Shown: positions 12,950 through 26,341, counted from the first letter of the stretch. The stretch is 60,762 nucleotides of DNA from Gracilinanus agilis (GCF_016433145.1 NC_058130.1:601714283-601775044); one strand, 5' to 3'. Numbers and translations: made by a program. The notes: generated by a model not told the origin, from the letters alone.

Positions 12950-13830
12950 ATACAGAATTACAGACTCTAAAAGGGCCATTAGGTCATCTATTCCAGCCAG
13001 TACCTGAATAAAAAATCTCCTCAGACATAAATAGCTTTGTCCATTAACATGTTAAATTATATACTTAAAGAAAAATAAGACATATCACAGAAAAGTGCAG
13101 TTTCACCAGTCCTCTTTTTGTTGCTTACATATAAAAATGTTCAAAGCTGTTTGTCAAGGGGGAGAGGGAGAAGGGGGAAGGGATTAAAATTTTTAAAATG
13201 ATTGTTTATGTATATCTATGGTGTTATTCAGGTTTTTTTCCCAATCTTGCCTGATTGTGATCCTATTTGAGGTTTTCTTGGCAAAGATACTAAAGTGGTT
13301 TCTCATTTCCTTCTTTAGCTCATTTTACAGATGAGGCAAAGTGGGGTAAAGTGGCTTCCCAGGGTCACCCAACTAGTAAGTGTTTGAGTTTGAATTTGAA
13401 TTCAGGTCCTCCTGACTCCAGATCTAGTACTCTATACAATAAACCACCTAACTGACCATGTATACATGTGTTTTTCTTTATAAATATTTGTGTATGCATA
13501 AAAAAACAAAACTAAGAATCCTCTTTTCAGCATCCCTAAGTGACCATCCAGTCTTTGCTAGATGAATTCTAAGGAAATCCAGTACCTCCCAAAGCAGTAT
13601 TGAGCCTAAATCTGCCTTTCTTCAACCCCTTCAACCAAGCAGAACGGGTCTTCCACATAACAATATGATAGTCCTTCAACTACATTTCACTCCCCCCAAT
13701 ATCTTCTCTTCTCCAGGATCCTCCCAGTTTCCTTTCATCATCCTGGAAACCCTCCTCAAGACGTGCTCTGGTTATCCATGTACTACCAAACCCAATGCCG
13801 AAAACTTCTGGGTCTTCATCATGCATAATA
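12950..13830 (-). mobile_element. CR1/L3 3' region interrupted by younger inserts
   Basis: GGTCATCTATTCCAGCC...CATCCAGTCTTTGC...TCTTCTCTTCTCCAGG...CATCCTGGAAACCCTCCTC are reverse L3 hallmarks. Confidence 0.65.
13222..13457 (-). mobile_element. MAR1
   Basis: TTTTCTTGGCAAAGATACT...CATTTTACAGATGAGG. Confidence 0.85.
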
Positions 13831-14234
13831 TCCTCCACCCAGCCTTTGATTTATAACCTTTTGCAAACATGCAAAAAGGATCAAGGAGCTAGGAGAAGTT
13901 GAAGAAGTCTTTATTGGAGGTAATAAAAAAGTATAAGCCTTTTTCCCCCCCCTAAGACAAGTAGAGACCGATGGTCATAATAGGTGAAACTGTAGATTTG
14001 GAACCACTTACTTAATAAGGGATGGCTTTTAGAATAACCTCTAAGCATTTTTTTTTTCATTCTGAGAATTATTCCATTAGAAAGTATACCTCAATCAGTT
14101 ACTTGCCCAAGCAACAATTTAATATCAGAAGCAATTAGGTAGCACTCATTCCATTTACAACCTAGCAGGTTTTGTTTGATGTGTTTTTTTTCCCTCTAAA
14201 TGGACTGGTAAAACACATTACTTTAACACAGCTA

Positions 14235-14470
14235 GTAAAGGCAACACGGTATATTACTAAAGATGCTGACTTGAAGTCAGGACAGTCTGGATTCAAATCC
14301 TACCTCTGACAAGCTATATGCAAGGGATGAATCAATTAACTATGCCAAACCTCAGTTTCCTCAGCTGTAAAATGCTACCCTTCACAGGGTCGTTACAAGG
14401 ATCAAAGAGATACAGATTACTTAAAAGTGTCTGAAGGCCTTAGAGCACTATATAAGTCTGCTACTAATTT
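14235..14470 (+). mobile_element. MIR
   Basis: Head, CCTCAGTTTCCTCAGCTGTAAAATG and MIR tail. Confidence 0.75.
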
Positions 14471-15087
14471 TAATTTAGGCACTGATCTTTTATTTTGCCA
14501 TCTATGGGGGGGAAGGGGATAATAAAACACCATAATCTTATTTGAAGGTGAAACATATTTACATTAAGAACAGAAAAGCCCATGAAATGATAGGAGTTGC
14601 CAGTGTACCTTTTTGTGTGAATATACAAAGGCCTCTGAAGAGCTCTCCTTTTCAAAGGCTACAACACAGATTTATTCCAACTTCCACACAATTTATTCCA
14701 CACAAAATAAAGTCACTGGCCTGACAAATATGGTCATTCTTTTGGGTAGAGAGAGAGAGAGAGGAAGAAAGAGTCAAATTAAGGTAAAAAAATAAATAAG
14801 CCCCTATATAATCTCAACATATGCTACATAAATGGAATGAGGAAAAAACAAGAATAGTTACTTTGTAAACAGGAAACTGGCATTTTTTTTGTTGCCAGTT
14901 GTTATTGCTGGGTTGATCTTTTTAATGTCTTTAAAAACCCAGAAAACAAGGAGTGACTGAACCGCAGCATAAGTGACCACTGAACCTAATGAGAATTGAT
15001 TTTTTTTTAATAGCCTATCCACAAACCATCCTCACTAACTCCTCATCACAGACACTTGAATCTAGCCAGATACCACAGAGTTTTTAC

Positions 15088-15090
<3 letters not shown>

Positions 15091-15134
<44 letters not shown>
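15091..15134. repeat. (GA)22 microsatellite
   Basis: Read directly. Confidence 0.95.
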
Positions 15135-15136
<2 letters not shown>

Positions 15137-15939
15137 CAAAGCTGTTAAGTTTAGCAGGTCCTATAAACAATCTTTCCCATTTCAGTTTTCAGAAATTAGA
15201 ATCTTTGGTTCACTCACTGGCTTAGAGATTTTCAGATTAAGGCAATATCCACTTTTTTTTTTAAGGGAGAAGATTGATAAATACAAACAAAACAGAACTA
15301 GGGCACAGAAGATTTTTCTTTTCCTTTGTTTAAAAGGTTTTTTTCTTTACAGGTAAGAACAAAATTCATTTTAGGCATTTTCTCGAAAGAGAACAGTAGC
15401 ATCTTGTCTTCTGGTTGCTGGTCTCTTAACTTTAATGTTAAACTTGGACTCTAATCAAGGGAACAAAATAGTCTGGGGGGTGGTAAAGGAGAGACAGAAT
15501 GATTAAGCAACTTTCAAAAGTGGCCACAAGCCCCCTTTCACCCTGGAGATGGGACTTTAATTGCCCCAAAGAGAAACGTTCTAAGTAAAGGCCAGGCAAA
15601 AGTTGCCAACACCAGCTTTAAAACCACAGCTGGCTGGGGGAAGAGGAAGGGAAAGGTTCTAATTCAGGGGATTATATCAGAATCATTGAATCTCAGAGTG
15701 GCAAACAACTCAGGAGTCACCTAGTCAAACATTTCTCCAAAAGATAAATCCTCTACTATGCAGATCTCTGGCTCTGAGGCATGGGAACCTCTAATGGTCT
15801 AAATGACAAAGAATTCATTCCATGCTACCATCCCCTCACCCCATGATCCCTGGCAGGCCATCCAATCTTTGGCAGCATTTCTGGCTGTTTCAACTTAACA
15901 ATGACTTGAGCAATCCCAAATCCCCAGGTCTGCTTTGAC

Positions 15940-16080
15940 ATCAGTCACTGAGGATTTATGAAGCATCTGCCATGTGCTAGACACTGGGCTGGCACTGGGA
16001 ACAAATATGATGACAAAAATTGAGCTGACCCAACCCACAAGGAGCATATATTCCACTGGAGAAGAGAACATGAACATATT
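15940..16080 (-). mobile_element. L2 3' end
   Basis: ATTTATGAAGCATCTGCCATGTGCTAGACACTG. Confidence 0.65.
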
Positions 16081-17319
16081 GTGCCCTGTATATACTTATT
16101 TATGAGCAACATGCATGTAAATAATATAGCAACACAAATACAAAAAGATTTAAAAAATTGGGAGTCAAGGGGTGCCACTAGCATCTTCCCTGGCTTTAGA
16201 AAAATAGATGCCAATTTGTTTTATGAAAACTGACTTTGGCACCAATTGAGGAGTACCTGAACCCTAAAGTTGTATCTACTTTCTTCAGGGTAAAGGTCCC
16301 ACACAACTGCCCTCACTTAACAAATCCCAGTGTGGAAACATCATGACTTCTTAAACCTCATAGATGTAACAGTTAAAAACCTTATGCAACCCTTTCCAGT
16401 GCTATCATGGAAATGAGGAATTTTTAAATCAATAAGCTGCACATTTTGGGATCCAAGCTGAGGGTTTTGGGACAGGGAAAAAAAATTCAAACTGTACTGT
16501 ATGGAAATCCACCAGTCTCCTGGCTACAATTCATAGTAATGTCAGGCTGCTAATGAGGGGGCCAGCAACATTTGAAAATTTCCATTTGAAAATTCAGAGA
16601 TTGTTTGAACAGGAAGGGAGAGTAGAGCCAACCCCTGGGACTGTGCCCAGCACAGAGTGAGTGCCTTATATTCACTGATTGATAGCTATCTGAAAATGAC
16701 TGGTATTTAAAAAAAAAAAAAGAAGGCAGAGAGAAGCAAATATGTTGAATAATCAGAGACTATTACCTCATTTTTTCCCTAATTAAAGTGGTGCTCTTTC
16801 AGGTTGTTGAAGGTAAGTAACCCTCAGAAGAAATCTGCTATTCTTCAATAAAAATGGGTTAACATTCAAGGCCAACTTATAATACAAAGTTTATAAAGGG
16901 ACTGTAAGGATCCTGCAGATTCCAGGGGATATCCAAATTACTTTACAGTGATGGAATTTAGTTAAAATGAATACACTGCTAAAAGAGTAAAAGAAAAATC
17001 ATATTCCTAGTCTGTGGAGGAAAAACAGTTGAAAGCAGCTTCTCAGAAGCACATTAGCAAGTAAAATGTAATGCTTTTAGATACAAATGGAAGAAAAAAA
17101 AAGAAAAGAAACACTATTCCTTTCTTTTTCCTATGCTCTAGAACTCTTACCAGAATTTCTACTATCCAGTGACTAACCTGTGTGGAACACAGCCAAAAAG
17201 GAAGCTAACAAGGTCTCTGAATCACCAAAATAGACAGTATAAAATCCACACGTTCATTCCCAGAAAAACAACTTGTAGGTCCTTACTAAGCTAGAGATCT
17301 GGATATCCCAGTGTGACTG

Positions 17320-17387
17320 ATAAGTGCTGAAACGTGAAAGAATCAGTAACATCTGAGTTCAAATCCTGCCTCAGACACTTCATTTAA

Positions 17388-17458
<71 letters not shown>

Positions 17459-17715
17459 AACATTTATATAACAACTACTGTGTGTGCCAGGCCCGTGCTG
17501 GCACTTTACAAATATTCCATTTATCTTCACAGCAAAGGTGCTCTTATTATCCTCATCTTGCAGCTGAGGAAACTTAGGCAGATGTCATTAGTGATTTCTC
17601 ACAACCTCAATTTCCTCATCTGTAAAATAAACCTAATTAGACTTTACTCAAATGAGGTAAAGTGTTAGCTCTTTACAAAATGTAAAACATTAAAGAAATG
17701 CCAGCAATTATTATT
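17320..17715. mobile_element. Cluster of MIR fragments (+, -, +) around an (AG)n tract
   Basis: CORE motifs in both orientations. Confidence 0.65.
17393..17455. repeat. (AG)~31 microsatellite
   Basis: Read directly. Confidence 0.95.
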
Positions 17716-18164
17716 AACTCCCATTAATACTGCTACTATTATTACTATTCAGGTCTATTCACTTCTCAATTTACAGAAGTTCAGATTTTTTTTAAACCAG
17801 CAAATGACAAAGGCAGAGTGGGAGGAGACAGCAGAAAACTCATTTAAAGTAGCAACAAGTGACAGTCAAGATTAGAAATAAAGTGCTCAATGACTAGCAA
17901 ATGTAATATGAATATAATGCAATATTACTAGATGACAAGTGCCAAAATCAAAGGAACACAGGCAATCTTGTTAAGGGGGAGAGAAACAAACACACATATT
18001 GGATGACAACAATGTAAGATGAAATTAATTTAAAAAAAAAAAAAAATCACTGGACACTGTAACTTTAATGACCAATCTTGCTCCTAAGAGACTGGGAAAT
18101 GTACCTCCTCCTTCTTTCCCCAAAGAGCTAAAGGGTGAGTGAGTGNGGGGGGGGGGGGGGGGGG

Positions 18165-18375
18165 GGGGCCACTGGGTAGCTCAGTGGATTGAGTCAGGCC
18201 TAGAGACCTAGAGGTCCTGGGTTCAAATCTCACACACTTCCTAATTGTATGACCCTGTGTGACCCTGTGCAAGTCACTTGACCCCCATTGCCTACCCTTT
18301 ACCACTCTTCTGCCTTGAAGCCAATACACAGTATTGACTCCAAGATGGAAGGTAAGGGTTTTTAATAAATAAATT
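18165..18375 (+). mobile_element. SINE1_Mdo-like preceded by G22
   Basis: Near-consensus body ending GGAAGGTAAGGGTTT; G-run at 18147-18168. Confidence 0.92.
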
Positions 18376-18679
18376 AATCAAACAATCAATGAATGAATGA
18401 ATGAATAAATGAAGGGTTGTTGTGGGAAACACTACATATCAGACATTTGCCAGTTGGCTAAAAGTGGGGGGTCCCCCATTGTAAGATACAGGGGGACAGG
18501 GTAAAGGGATAGGATTTTCTCTCCAGAAATGACTTTAATGGGGGAGATAGAGAATGATGCAGAGAAGTGACCTCTGCCCACCCCCCAAAAAAAGGCAGAC
18601 ATGTCAATACTTCAGGCACAAATGATTCTTATCAGCTATAAGAATTAGGGTTATAGCATCATCTACTTAGAGAAAGGGA

Positions 18680-19100
18680 AGGCAATAAGCATTTCTATAG
18701 CACCTGCTATATGCCAGGCATTGTGCTAAGCACTTTACACCTATCTCACATTTGATCTTTACAGTAACCCTGTAAGGAAATTGCTGTAATTATCCTCATT
18801 TTACAGTTGGGGAAACTGAGGCAGATGAGATTAGTGATTTGTTCAGGCCAAAAGAGATAATAAAAGTGAGAGGCTGGATCTGAACTTAGGTCCTTCCTGA
18901 CTCCAGACCCTATTTTATCATAGTGCCACCTAACTGCCTCCGGGGACCTAAGGAAGGGACCACTATAGAATCTATCCAGTCTGATGCCATCATTTTCAGC
19001 AAATTGGGCAGAAGATTTAGTGACTTACCCAAGATAACAAAAGTAGGATTTGAACCCAGGTCTTGAAACTGCAAAGACTGTATTCTCTCCACTCTTATCA
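18680..19100 (-). mobile_element. MIR followed by MIR3
   Basis: CATTTTACAGTTGGGGAAACTGAGGC and CCAGTCTGATGCCATCATTTT. Confidence 0.75.
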
Positions 19101-22100
19101 TGGGAAGGTAAACTACTGACAAAAACTGCAACCCCACTCTATTCCCTGAAGACAAGAAACTATCTCCTTCCTTTTCTTATATAAGGGCCCAAATGGGAGC
19201 ATTCTTTGGCAGGATCACATGGGCTTGTTCAGAAAACAATGGAGAATGTTAACAATCATCTAGAACCCTCATACATCACAATAGAACTTAGGCCATTAAA
19301 TGATCACTTCTGGATCACAAAATTTTCCAGGGAGATGAGGAGTTGGCTCTTTTAAGCACTGACTCTTCTTAATGTTTGTTTGCCATCTGTATGGAAGTCA
19401 TCCTGATCTGTATTATATTTGCCCAATGTATACCAAATTCAATCTTACCTTGATAAACAAGTGATTGCACTAAGATGCTTGTGTCCACTACCAAGATCCA
19501 GTCGTGCCTCCTTTGGTCAGAATCTCTGAACCTGCATTGTCTCTTAAATATGCCATTTTCATAGGAAACCAAGCCTCCCTATTGAGTCAGACTACTCAGT
19601 TTCTTTGTCACAACAAAAACATACAACCCACTCTCAAGGGTCTGCCATAAACATCCTTTGTGGGGGCAGGGCCTGGGTTTCACATCTAATCAAAAAGATT
19701 TCTTTATTGGAAAGGGAGGAGGATGGGGTTGGAGAGAGAATAGTAAGAGATGGGATGAAAGTTCTTAAAACTCAAGGAAAACCAAAACAACCTTCCAGAG
19801 GATATGTGGCCAAACCATTTAAAACACCTATAATATAGGGGTAATCAAGGCTGACAAAATGACCTGCCTCTCTAGGTAAAGGGATTAATTCCCCTCTGGT
19901 TCCCAAGCATTAAAACAAAGTCTATTTGTATCTTTACCACACTAGGCAAAGGCTGAAAATAAATTAAAATACTTCCAAGATCCATGCATGTTTCACTTTT
20001 TTTTTTAATTTAAAAATACCTTTCCTAGGGAGATCTAAAAGCTGGCCCCTAATGGGCTCCACCTCAATTATGAGGCCATTCAGCCTCTCATCGACCATTC
20101 TATTTCATAGGAATAGACAGACCTGAACACAGAAGAGGTTTCTCTTTGAAGAGAGGGAGGGGGAGGGGTTTACTAAGGAATAGGGGAAGCATTGACCCAA
20201 GAGGGTTGGCTTCATTTAGACTTCAGCAATGAAACATGACAGGTACTGGAAAACATCCCCTCAATCCCCATTCTCTATCTCAGGAAGAAATCCAGATCCA
20301 GCTTTAATTTTAATGATGGATTCATGAAAAGGCCAATCGCCCACCTCATTCCTAAAAATGAGTCGAAGATGGAGCCACACCATGGAGAAGGGATGAGAGA
20401 GGAAACCAGCAAGCAGGAAAGTGAAATTCATTACATGAAATGGAAATATGGTCATTAACCATAATGGAGAAATCACACAGGTCTCATGCCTCAAAATTCG
20501 TTAGTAAAAATTTTCAAAATATTTCATAATTTTAAATGTATGAACCAGACTTTGCAGTTATAACTGTCTTGTGAGATTTAAATCACTCTGATTTCAAAAG
20601 AGTGTGATCTCAAATCTGGAGACAGAAAAAGCATTACCATGCCTATCTATCTACCAGTCCTAGTCCACTCTTCTCCATGTTATGGTTATCCTTCACTCTT
20701 GCTTGCAAGACAAAGCCTCCCCAGTCCCTTTTCTCTAGTCATAGCATCCTTTCAGACACTAGGCCCATGCAATCCCTTTGTAATGTTACCCCCAAATCAA
20801 AAGGAGGAAAATTGAGGGAACTGAGGGTATTTAGAATAGCAAGTAGTAGAAGGAATTAAGGCAACATTGAGGAGTGTGTCTCAAACCTAGAGCTTGCTTA
20901 CTTTCTATTCATCCTGGGTCTAAGTCCAAATTCTGTCTTATAAAAAACTTTATTCAAGTGTGGGAATTGGGAGAAAACCTTACTGCTTTGCTTAAACCTA
21001 GCTCTGTGTGGCTGGGAAATTGAATCACTTGAACCTGCTGATTAGAAAGAGACTCTTAACTATGGACCCTAGATTATGTTGACCAGAAATGCAATCAGAT
21101 CCTAAGATTAATGGCAAGGAGTTTTCTCATAATTGTACAGTGACCCTATATTGCCAGTCAGTTATTGTTTCCATTTTCCTTTGACAGTATACAAACACTT
21201 GGGAGAAGTAGCACACTTTTTCTGAATTCAAAGAATTGTACCTGTTCACTCTAAATGCCTAATCTCTCATTTAATTGGAAATCAGATTGTCTAGTGTCAT
21301 ATTTTCTCTTTTAACTAATCAGCCTTATTTCAACCATTGTTTCTGATATATAAGTCTGTGTTCCCCTATATTCTAGGTCCAGCTCTAAGCTAATGAAGGG
21401 GTCTGGTCCCAATTTGTTGAGCAACTGTCATGCAATTCTTAATAAACTGATGTATTCAGTAGATCAAACCTTTGTTTCCTTTGTGGGTTCATCTTTCACC
21501 CACCACACGTTGCACACGACTTGCTAATGTCCACCATTGCCCTGATTAATTCTCAAACTCAATCCTTTAGTTCCTCCAAATCACCTCTTATTACCAAATC
21601 CCAAAAATATCAAGAGGAGGGGAGGATGTGAACAGTTAAACTAGCCCTTGAGTGATACTGTGGTTTGCAGGACTATAAACAAAAATAGAGATGCATTGGG
21701 GAAGGTGAGGGAGGGGGAGAATCAGGACATCCAAGTTCTATTTGCATTTCTTTCAGAAGGTATTCTGAAAAAAAACACAGAAGTTTAGAAGGTAGAAGTT
21801 TGGGCACATAGATGGCAAGGGGGAGGGGGGGTCAAGAATAAAAGGGTGAAGAGCTTGAATTAAAAAGCATAGAAACAAGCTCATTTTCTATTTCAGTTTC
21901 TTTTTGTTCAAAACATTCTTTTACTAAGCTATAGGTGAAAATGCATTTGTAATAAGACAAAATCATGTCGAACATAAAAGTGTGAAGTGCCCACTAACTA
22001 GCATCTAGAGAATTTAAGGACACTTTTATTGGATTATCAACTATCACAATCCCACCACCCCTCCACCCCCAAAAAAAGGTAAAGGGGGGGAGGAGGAAAA

Positions 22101-22439
22101 CAATAGAATAATAGAAACTTGATTGATGCTAACAACCATTTGGAGTTTCATAAACTCAGATGTTTTTTCCAACTCTGTCAAACCTTTATTGCCCATCTTT
22201 TTTAAGCCTGTCACTTTTTGTTTTTATTGCCATTGGGGGGGGTGGGGGGGGGGGGAAGAAACCACAGCCCAAAACCTGGAAGTTCTTCCTAAACTGGAAG
22301 CAGCTAAAACGAGAAACTAATACCCCAACTTGGCCCTACAAACAAACTCCCAACAAATTTAGAGAAGCTGCATCACTACAGCTGACAGGGAGCCAACATT
22401 TATTTTGGCAGAAAATAACCAGTCATTGAAGCTATTTTT

Positions 22440-22440
<1 letters not shown>

Positions 22441-22481
<41 letters not shown>

Positions 22482-22503
22482 AACGACGACAACGACGACA
22501 ACA
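22441..22503. repeat. Compound (ACT)13 then (ACA/ACG)n trinucleotide repeat
   Basis: Read directly. Confidence 0.95.
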
Positions 22504-23346
22504 TGGCTGACAATGCTACGATGGGAGCATTGGCCTGTTTTTTATATCCCTGTTAAAGGACAATTCCAAATAGTTCCAGCAGTTCAGGAGGGGATGAGGA
22601 GAGAAGTTATATAGACAATGTTAGGTAACAATGGGACCTTATAAAAAACTATATCTGACAAGCAAAAACTACAATGACAAATTTTATCCCGACAAGCAAA
22701 GGCTACATAAAGAAGTAGTTATGATTTACTATTATACAATTTCAAATCTGGAAGATCAACCAGTTCAACTGTCTCATTTTTACAGATGAGGAAACTAAGG
22801 CACAGAGGGGAAATTTTGTTTTCAATCTGACATTTTGGGCAGATGCTTCAAAAATCACTAATTTAAGAGTTAGAAGGGACTTTAGGCTACCAGTGGGTGG
22901 TCAAGATCTACGTATGAAATCAGAATTCCAAACTAAAGAGTTATAGTAACTTCCATTGAGAATGGAAGGAAATGTCTCCGGGGCAGAGAGACAGAGGTCT
23001 TCATGAGTTTGTACAGTATGGGAGAAGGGAGGAATTTAATATAATAATTATAATTCTCTACTGCCTCACCAAGTACTACTACTGAGCCTCTCTCACTCCT
23101 ATGAGTACCATCATAATTAGAGGAAAAACCAGATCTTGGTTGTATACTCAGGTAAGTTATATAGAAAATTACATATAAAGTCAAAACTTCTTTGAGTCTT
23201 AATTTCTTTATTTGCAAAATGGAGGGCACCACCTATCTTGTCAACTTCAGTTTATTATATGGTTCAAAACGAGATGGTATATATGCAAGCACTTTACAGT
23301 CTGAAGAGACTACTTACTTAAAAGGATTTTCTTTTCCTCTTTAGAG

Positions 23347-23665
23347 CAGAAGTGTCAAACTAGCAGCCCAAGTATAGCTGGAATCACGTTAAAATGTAAT
23401 TGGGAAGGGGTAGCTAAGTGCCACAGTGGATAGAGCACTGAGCCTCAAGTCAGGAAGACCTGAGTTCAGCTCTGACCTTAGACACTTTCTAGCTCTGTGA
23501 TCCTGAGCAAGTCACTTAAGCCCGTTTGCCTTTATTTAAAAAAAAAAGGGGGGGGGCATAATTGGGATATTTAACAAATAAAAATCCAATAAAACATAAA
23601 TAATGTGAATGTGTGCTTTTCTAAATCAACATGATACCCACAATGATCCATTCCTATTGATAATT
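23347..23665. mobile_element. Old hAT MITE (Cheshire/CheshMITE-like) split by a SINE
   Basis: CAGAAGTGTCAAAC left end and TTAAAATGTAATTGGGA...ATTTAACAAA...TTTTCTAAATCAA body; right TIR not visible. Confidence 0.65.
23407..23547 (+). mobile_element. Short CORE-SINE with A-tail
   Basis: TSD TAATTGGGA (23397-23405, 23559-23567); family not resolved. Confidence 0.8.
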
Positions 23666-23879
23666 ATTATTGTAAAGGATATTTTTAGCCAGACTTAGTT
23701 CTAATGCAGATACATATTAGAATTGCAATTTTAAGAGTCTTAGAAAGTTTTATAGGGCACAGACAGATCAAGGGACTTGCCCAGGATCCTACAGCTAATA
23801 ATGTAGCAAGAGGGACTTGTCATTAGGGCACGGAAATAATAATGTATAAACTCCCTTCGATAATGTTTATTGCATAGTA

Positions 23880-24120
23880 TTTTCCAGAAAGTCTAGATCT
23901 GAATTTCTATACATACAGAGAATTTCTGGTATGGAAACTCTCTCCCAATTGGTTCATATCTGCAACCTTTTTGTAACTTGTAGTCTCAGAGAATCACCTA
24001 GGTTAATAAAAGCTTCACAGTCCAGGATCACATGGACCTGAAAGCAGGTGTTCCTGATTCTAAAACCTGGCCCTCCATTCACTTTTGCCAAGCTGCTTCC
24101 TCTCAACAATCTATTATGAT
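23880..24120 (-). mobile_element. Marsupial CORE-SINE (MdoRep1/MIR_Mars-like)
   Basis: Tail GGAAACTCTCTCCCAATTGG...TTGTAGTCTCAGAG; relatives at 30570-30762 (+) and 42635-42730 (-). Confidence 0.55.
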
Positions 24121-24767
24121 AGAGAAACAAAATATACACGGGGGCCTAACACAGTGCTTTACACACTTAACAGGAACTTAATAAATGTTTGCTGAATTGA
24201 ATCAAGCAAGTACAAATTATGTACCAGAGCTCTTTGGGAGATGTGCTGGGAAAAGTAAAAGCAGGTGATCATAGAATCAGAATTTTACATCAGTCAAGTG
24301 CTGTTAATCACGTTAGCCAGAATTCCTAGAGGCAAGTCTCTGCCAGCTCCAACATTCTGTGATCTTCAGCACGAAGACAGGAAGAAAGAGTTCTCCTATA
24401 CTCAGACACACAATTTAATATCCACAAACATTATTCCTGATCCATCAGCCAGAGAGCAGTTTAAAAGAGGAAAGACAGAGAAGAGGGGGAAGGGAGACCA
24501 CCTAAGCAGTACTCTTTAGTCAGAGACAATTTAAAAACCATGGAATCTAGACTTGGAAGGTGAGACCCTCTGGGATCAGAGGTTCCTTCATGAGGATGAG
24601 AAGGCTCAACCTGGATTACTATTCTGTGCTAATGGAAAGAATCTAGAAAAACCAAGGTTCAAGTTCTGTTTCTGATATATATAGACTGTATGACCCTGAA
24701 CAAATCACTTAAACATTCAGTGCCCCATATTAATAAGATTACAAATCAACTCATTAGTAATTTAGTA

Positions 24768-25012
24768 ACTAGATGGCAGAGTGGATAGAGTGCCTGCCCT
24801 GGGGTCAGAAAGACTCATCTTCCCGAGTTCAAATCTGGCTTTAGACACTTACTAGTATGACTCTGAAGAAATCATTTAATCCTGTAATGCTTTGGTTTCC
24901 TCATCTGGAAAATGAGCTGGAGAAGAAAATGGCAAATCACTCCAGCATCTTTGCCAAGAAAATCCCAAAAAGGGCCACAAAGAATTAGACAAAACTCAAA
25001 AATTATAATAAC
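24768..25012 (+). mobile_element. MAR1
   Basis: Head, CORE and RTE-type tail. Confidence 0.85.
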
Positions 25013-25803
25013 AAAAGAACCTGAAAACTCAGGTCCTTCTCTCTTCTAATCCAGTAATCAATCCATCATACCAATATTCCCCTCTACAAACATTAGAAAT
25101 AAATTATAAATAATAACCTATATAAAGTATCAAGTATTTTCTAGCTGGATTCTCCTTTAAAATTGAAACTGCATCATTCTCCATAACCTAAGACTCAGCC
25201 CTCTGCCAACCCAGCTATAACACACAACATTTTATATTATACAAGTACAACCAAAGGTTACAAAAAGAAAACTGCTACAGAAGGGAAATATTTTATTTGT
25301 ACCTATCCTGGGCCAAAGAGTGCTCTGTACACAGCAGGCAACTCAATAATCATTTAATGAATGAATAACATGTAAAATGGCATAATCTTCATGGAAAGAG
25401 AAGAAGGCAAAGGGGAGACATCAGATTGCCTCCCTGAAAGGCAAGTTGTTGTTCAAAGACAGGGAGAGGTCTCCAACTTCAAGTCAAGATGTCCAAGAGC
25501 CTAACTGAAGCTTAAATCAAAGATCATCTGGTATCTGAGTTTCCCCACTCCCTTGATCTAATTAACCACCTCCCTTTTTTAAAAGTGCAGGTCAAAGTCC
25601 AAATCCATGCTGGAAAAAGCACACTTATACTAACAATGGGTCCCCTATCATCCTGGGCTGTGGACTGTTTCATTTGACAGTAAAATCTGAATAGGTTTGT
25701 GAAGAATAAAATTACTGATGGAATAAGGGTCAATGCTAACCTGTGTCAACCAACCTTTGAGGTAATTCTGGGTCCAATTCTGTCTTCTTAAAAACAGAGA
25801 ATA

Positions 25804-26007
25804 GGGGGCAGCTGGGTAGCTCAGTGGAGTGAGAGTCAGGCCTAGAGACGGAAGGTCCTAGGTTCAAACCTGGCCTCAGCCACTTCCCAGCTGTGTGACC
25901 CTGGGCAAGTCACTTGACCCCCATTGCCCACCCTTACCAATCTTCCACCTACACCTATGAGACAATACACGAAGTACAAGGGCTTAAAAATAAACAAATA
26001 AATAAAT
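25804..26007 (+). mobile_element. Young SINE1_Mdo-like
   Basis: 13-bp TSD AAAACAGAGAATA (25791-25803, 26008-26020). Confidence 0.95.
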
Positions 26008-26155
26008 AAAACAGAGAATATAATACCCTAATAAGAATTACAGGAGTTTTTTTTAAGCTGTAAGGAACCTTAGAAATGCAATGTAACTCTAACATGTCAC
26101 AGAGATAATGGGGCCCACAGGCTGACTAGCACAAGACTCAAAAGTAATACCTAAC

Positions 26156-26341
26156 GGGGCAGCTGGGTAGCTCAGTGGATTGAGAGTCAGGCCTAGAGAC
26201 GGGAGGTCCTAGGTTCAAACCCAGCCTCAGCCACTTCCCAGCTGTGTGACCCTGGGCAAGTCATTTGACCCCCATTGCCCACCCTTACCAATCTTCCACC
26301 TATGAGACAATACACCGAAGTACAAGGGTTTAAAAAAAAAA
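26156..26341 (+). mobile_element. Young SINE1_Mdo-like
   Basis: 16-bp TSD AAAAGTAATACCTAAC (26140-26155, 26342-26357); clean poly-A. Confidence 0.95.

Noticed and set aside
19443-19455. Strong minus-strand donor AAG|GTAAGA; similar ones at ~36075 and ~52265
   Set aside because: No credible acceptor upstream within exon distance.
20284-20460. Plus-strand acceptor followed by an open stretch (KKSRSSFNFNDGFMKRP...)
   Set aside because: No good donor, no homology recognised, and on the wrong strand for the host.
22405-22614. Poly-Thr ORF
   Set aside because: Produced by the (ACT)n microsatellite.
22652-22708. Short imperfect direct duplications here and at 42800-42850 and 45342-45395
   Set aside because: Two to four decayed copies only; ordinary slippage, not spacer arrays or CRISPR-like structures.
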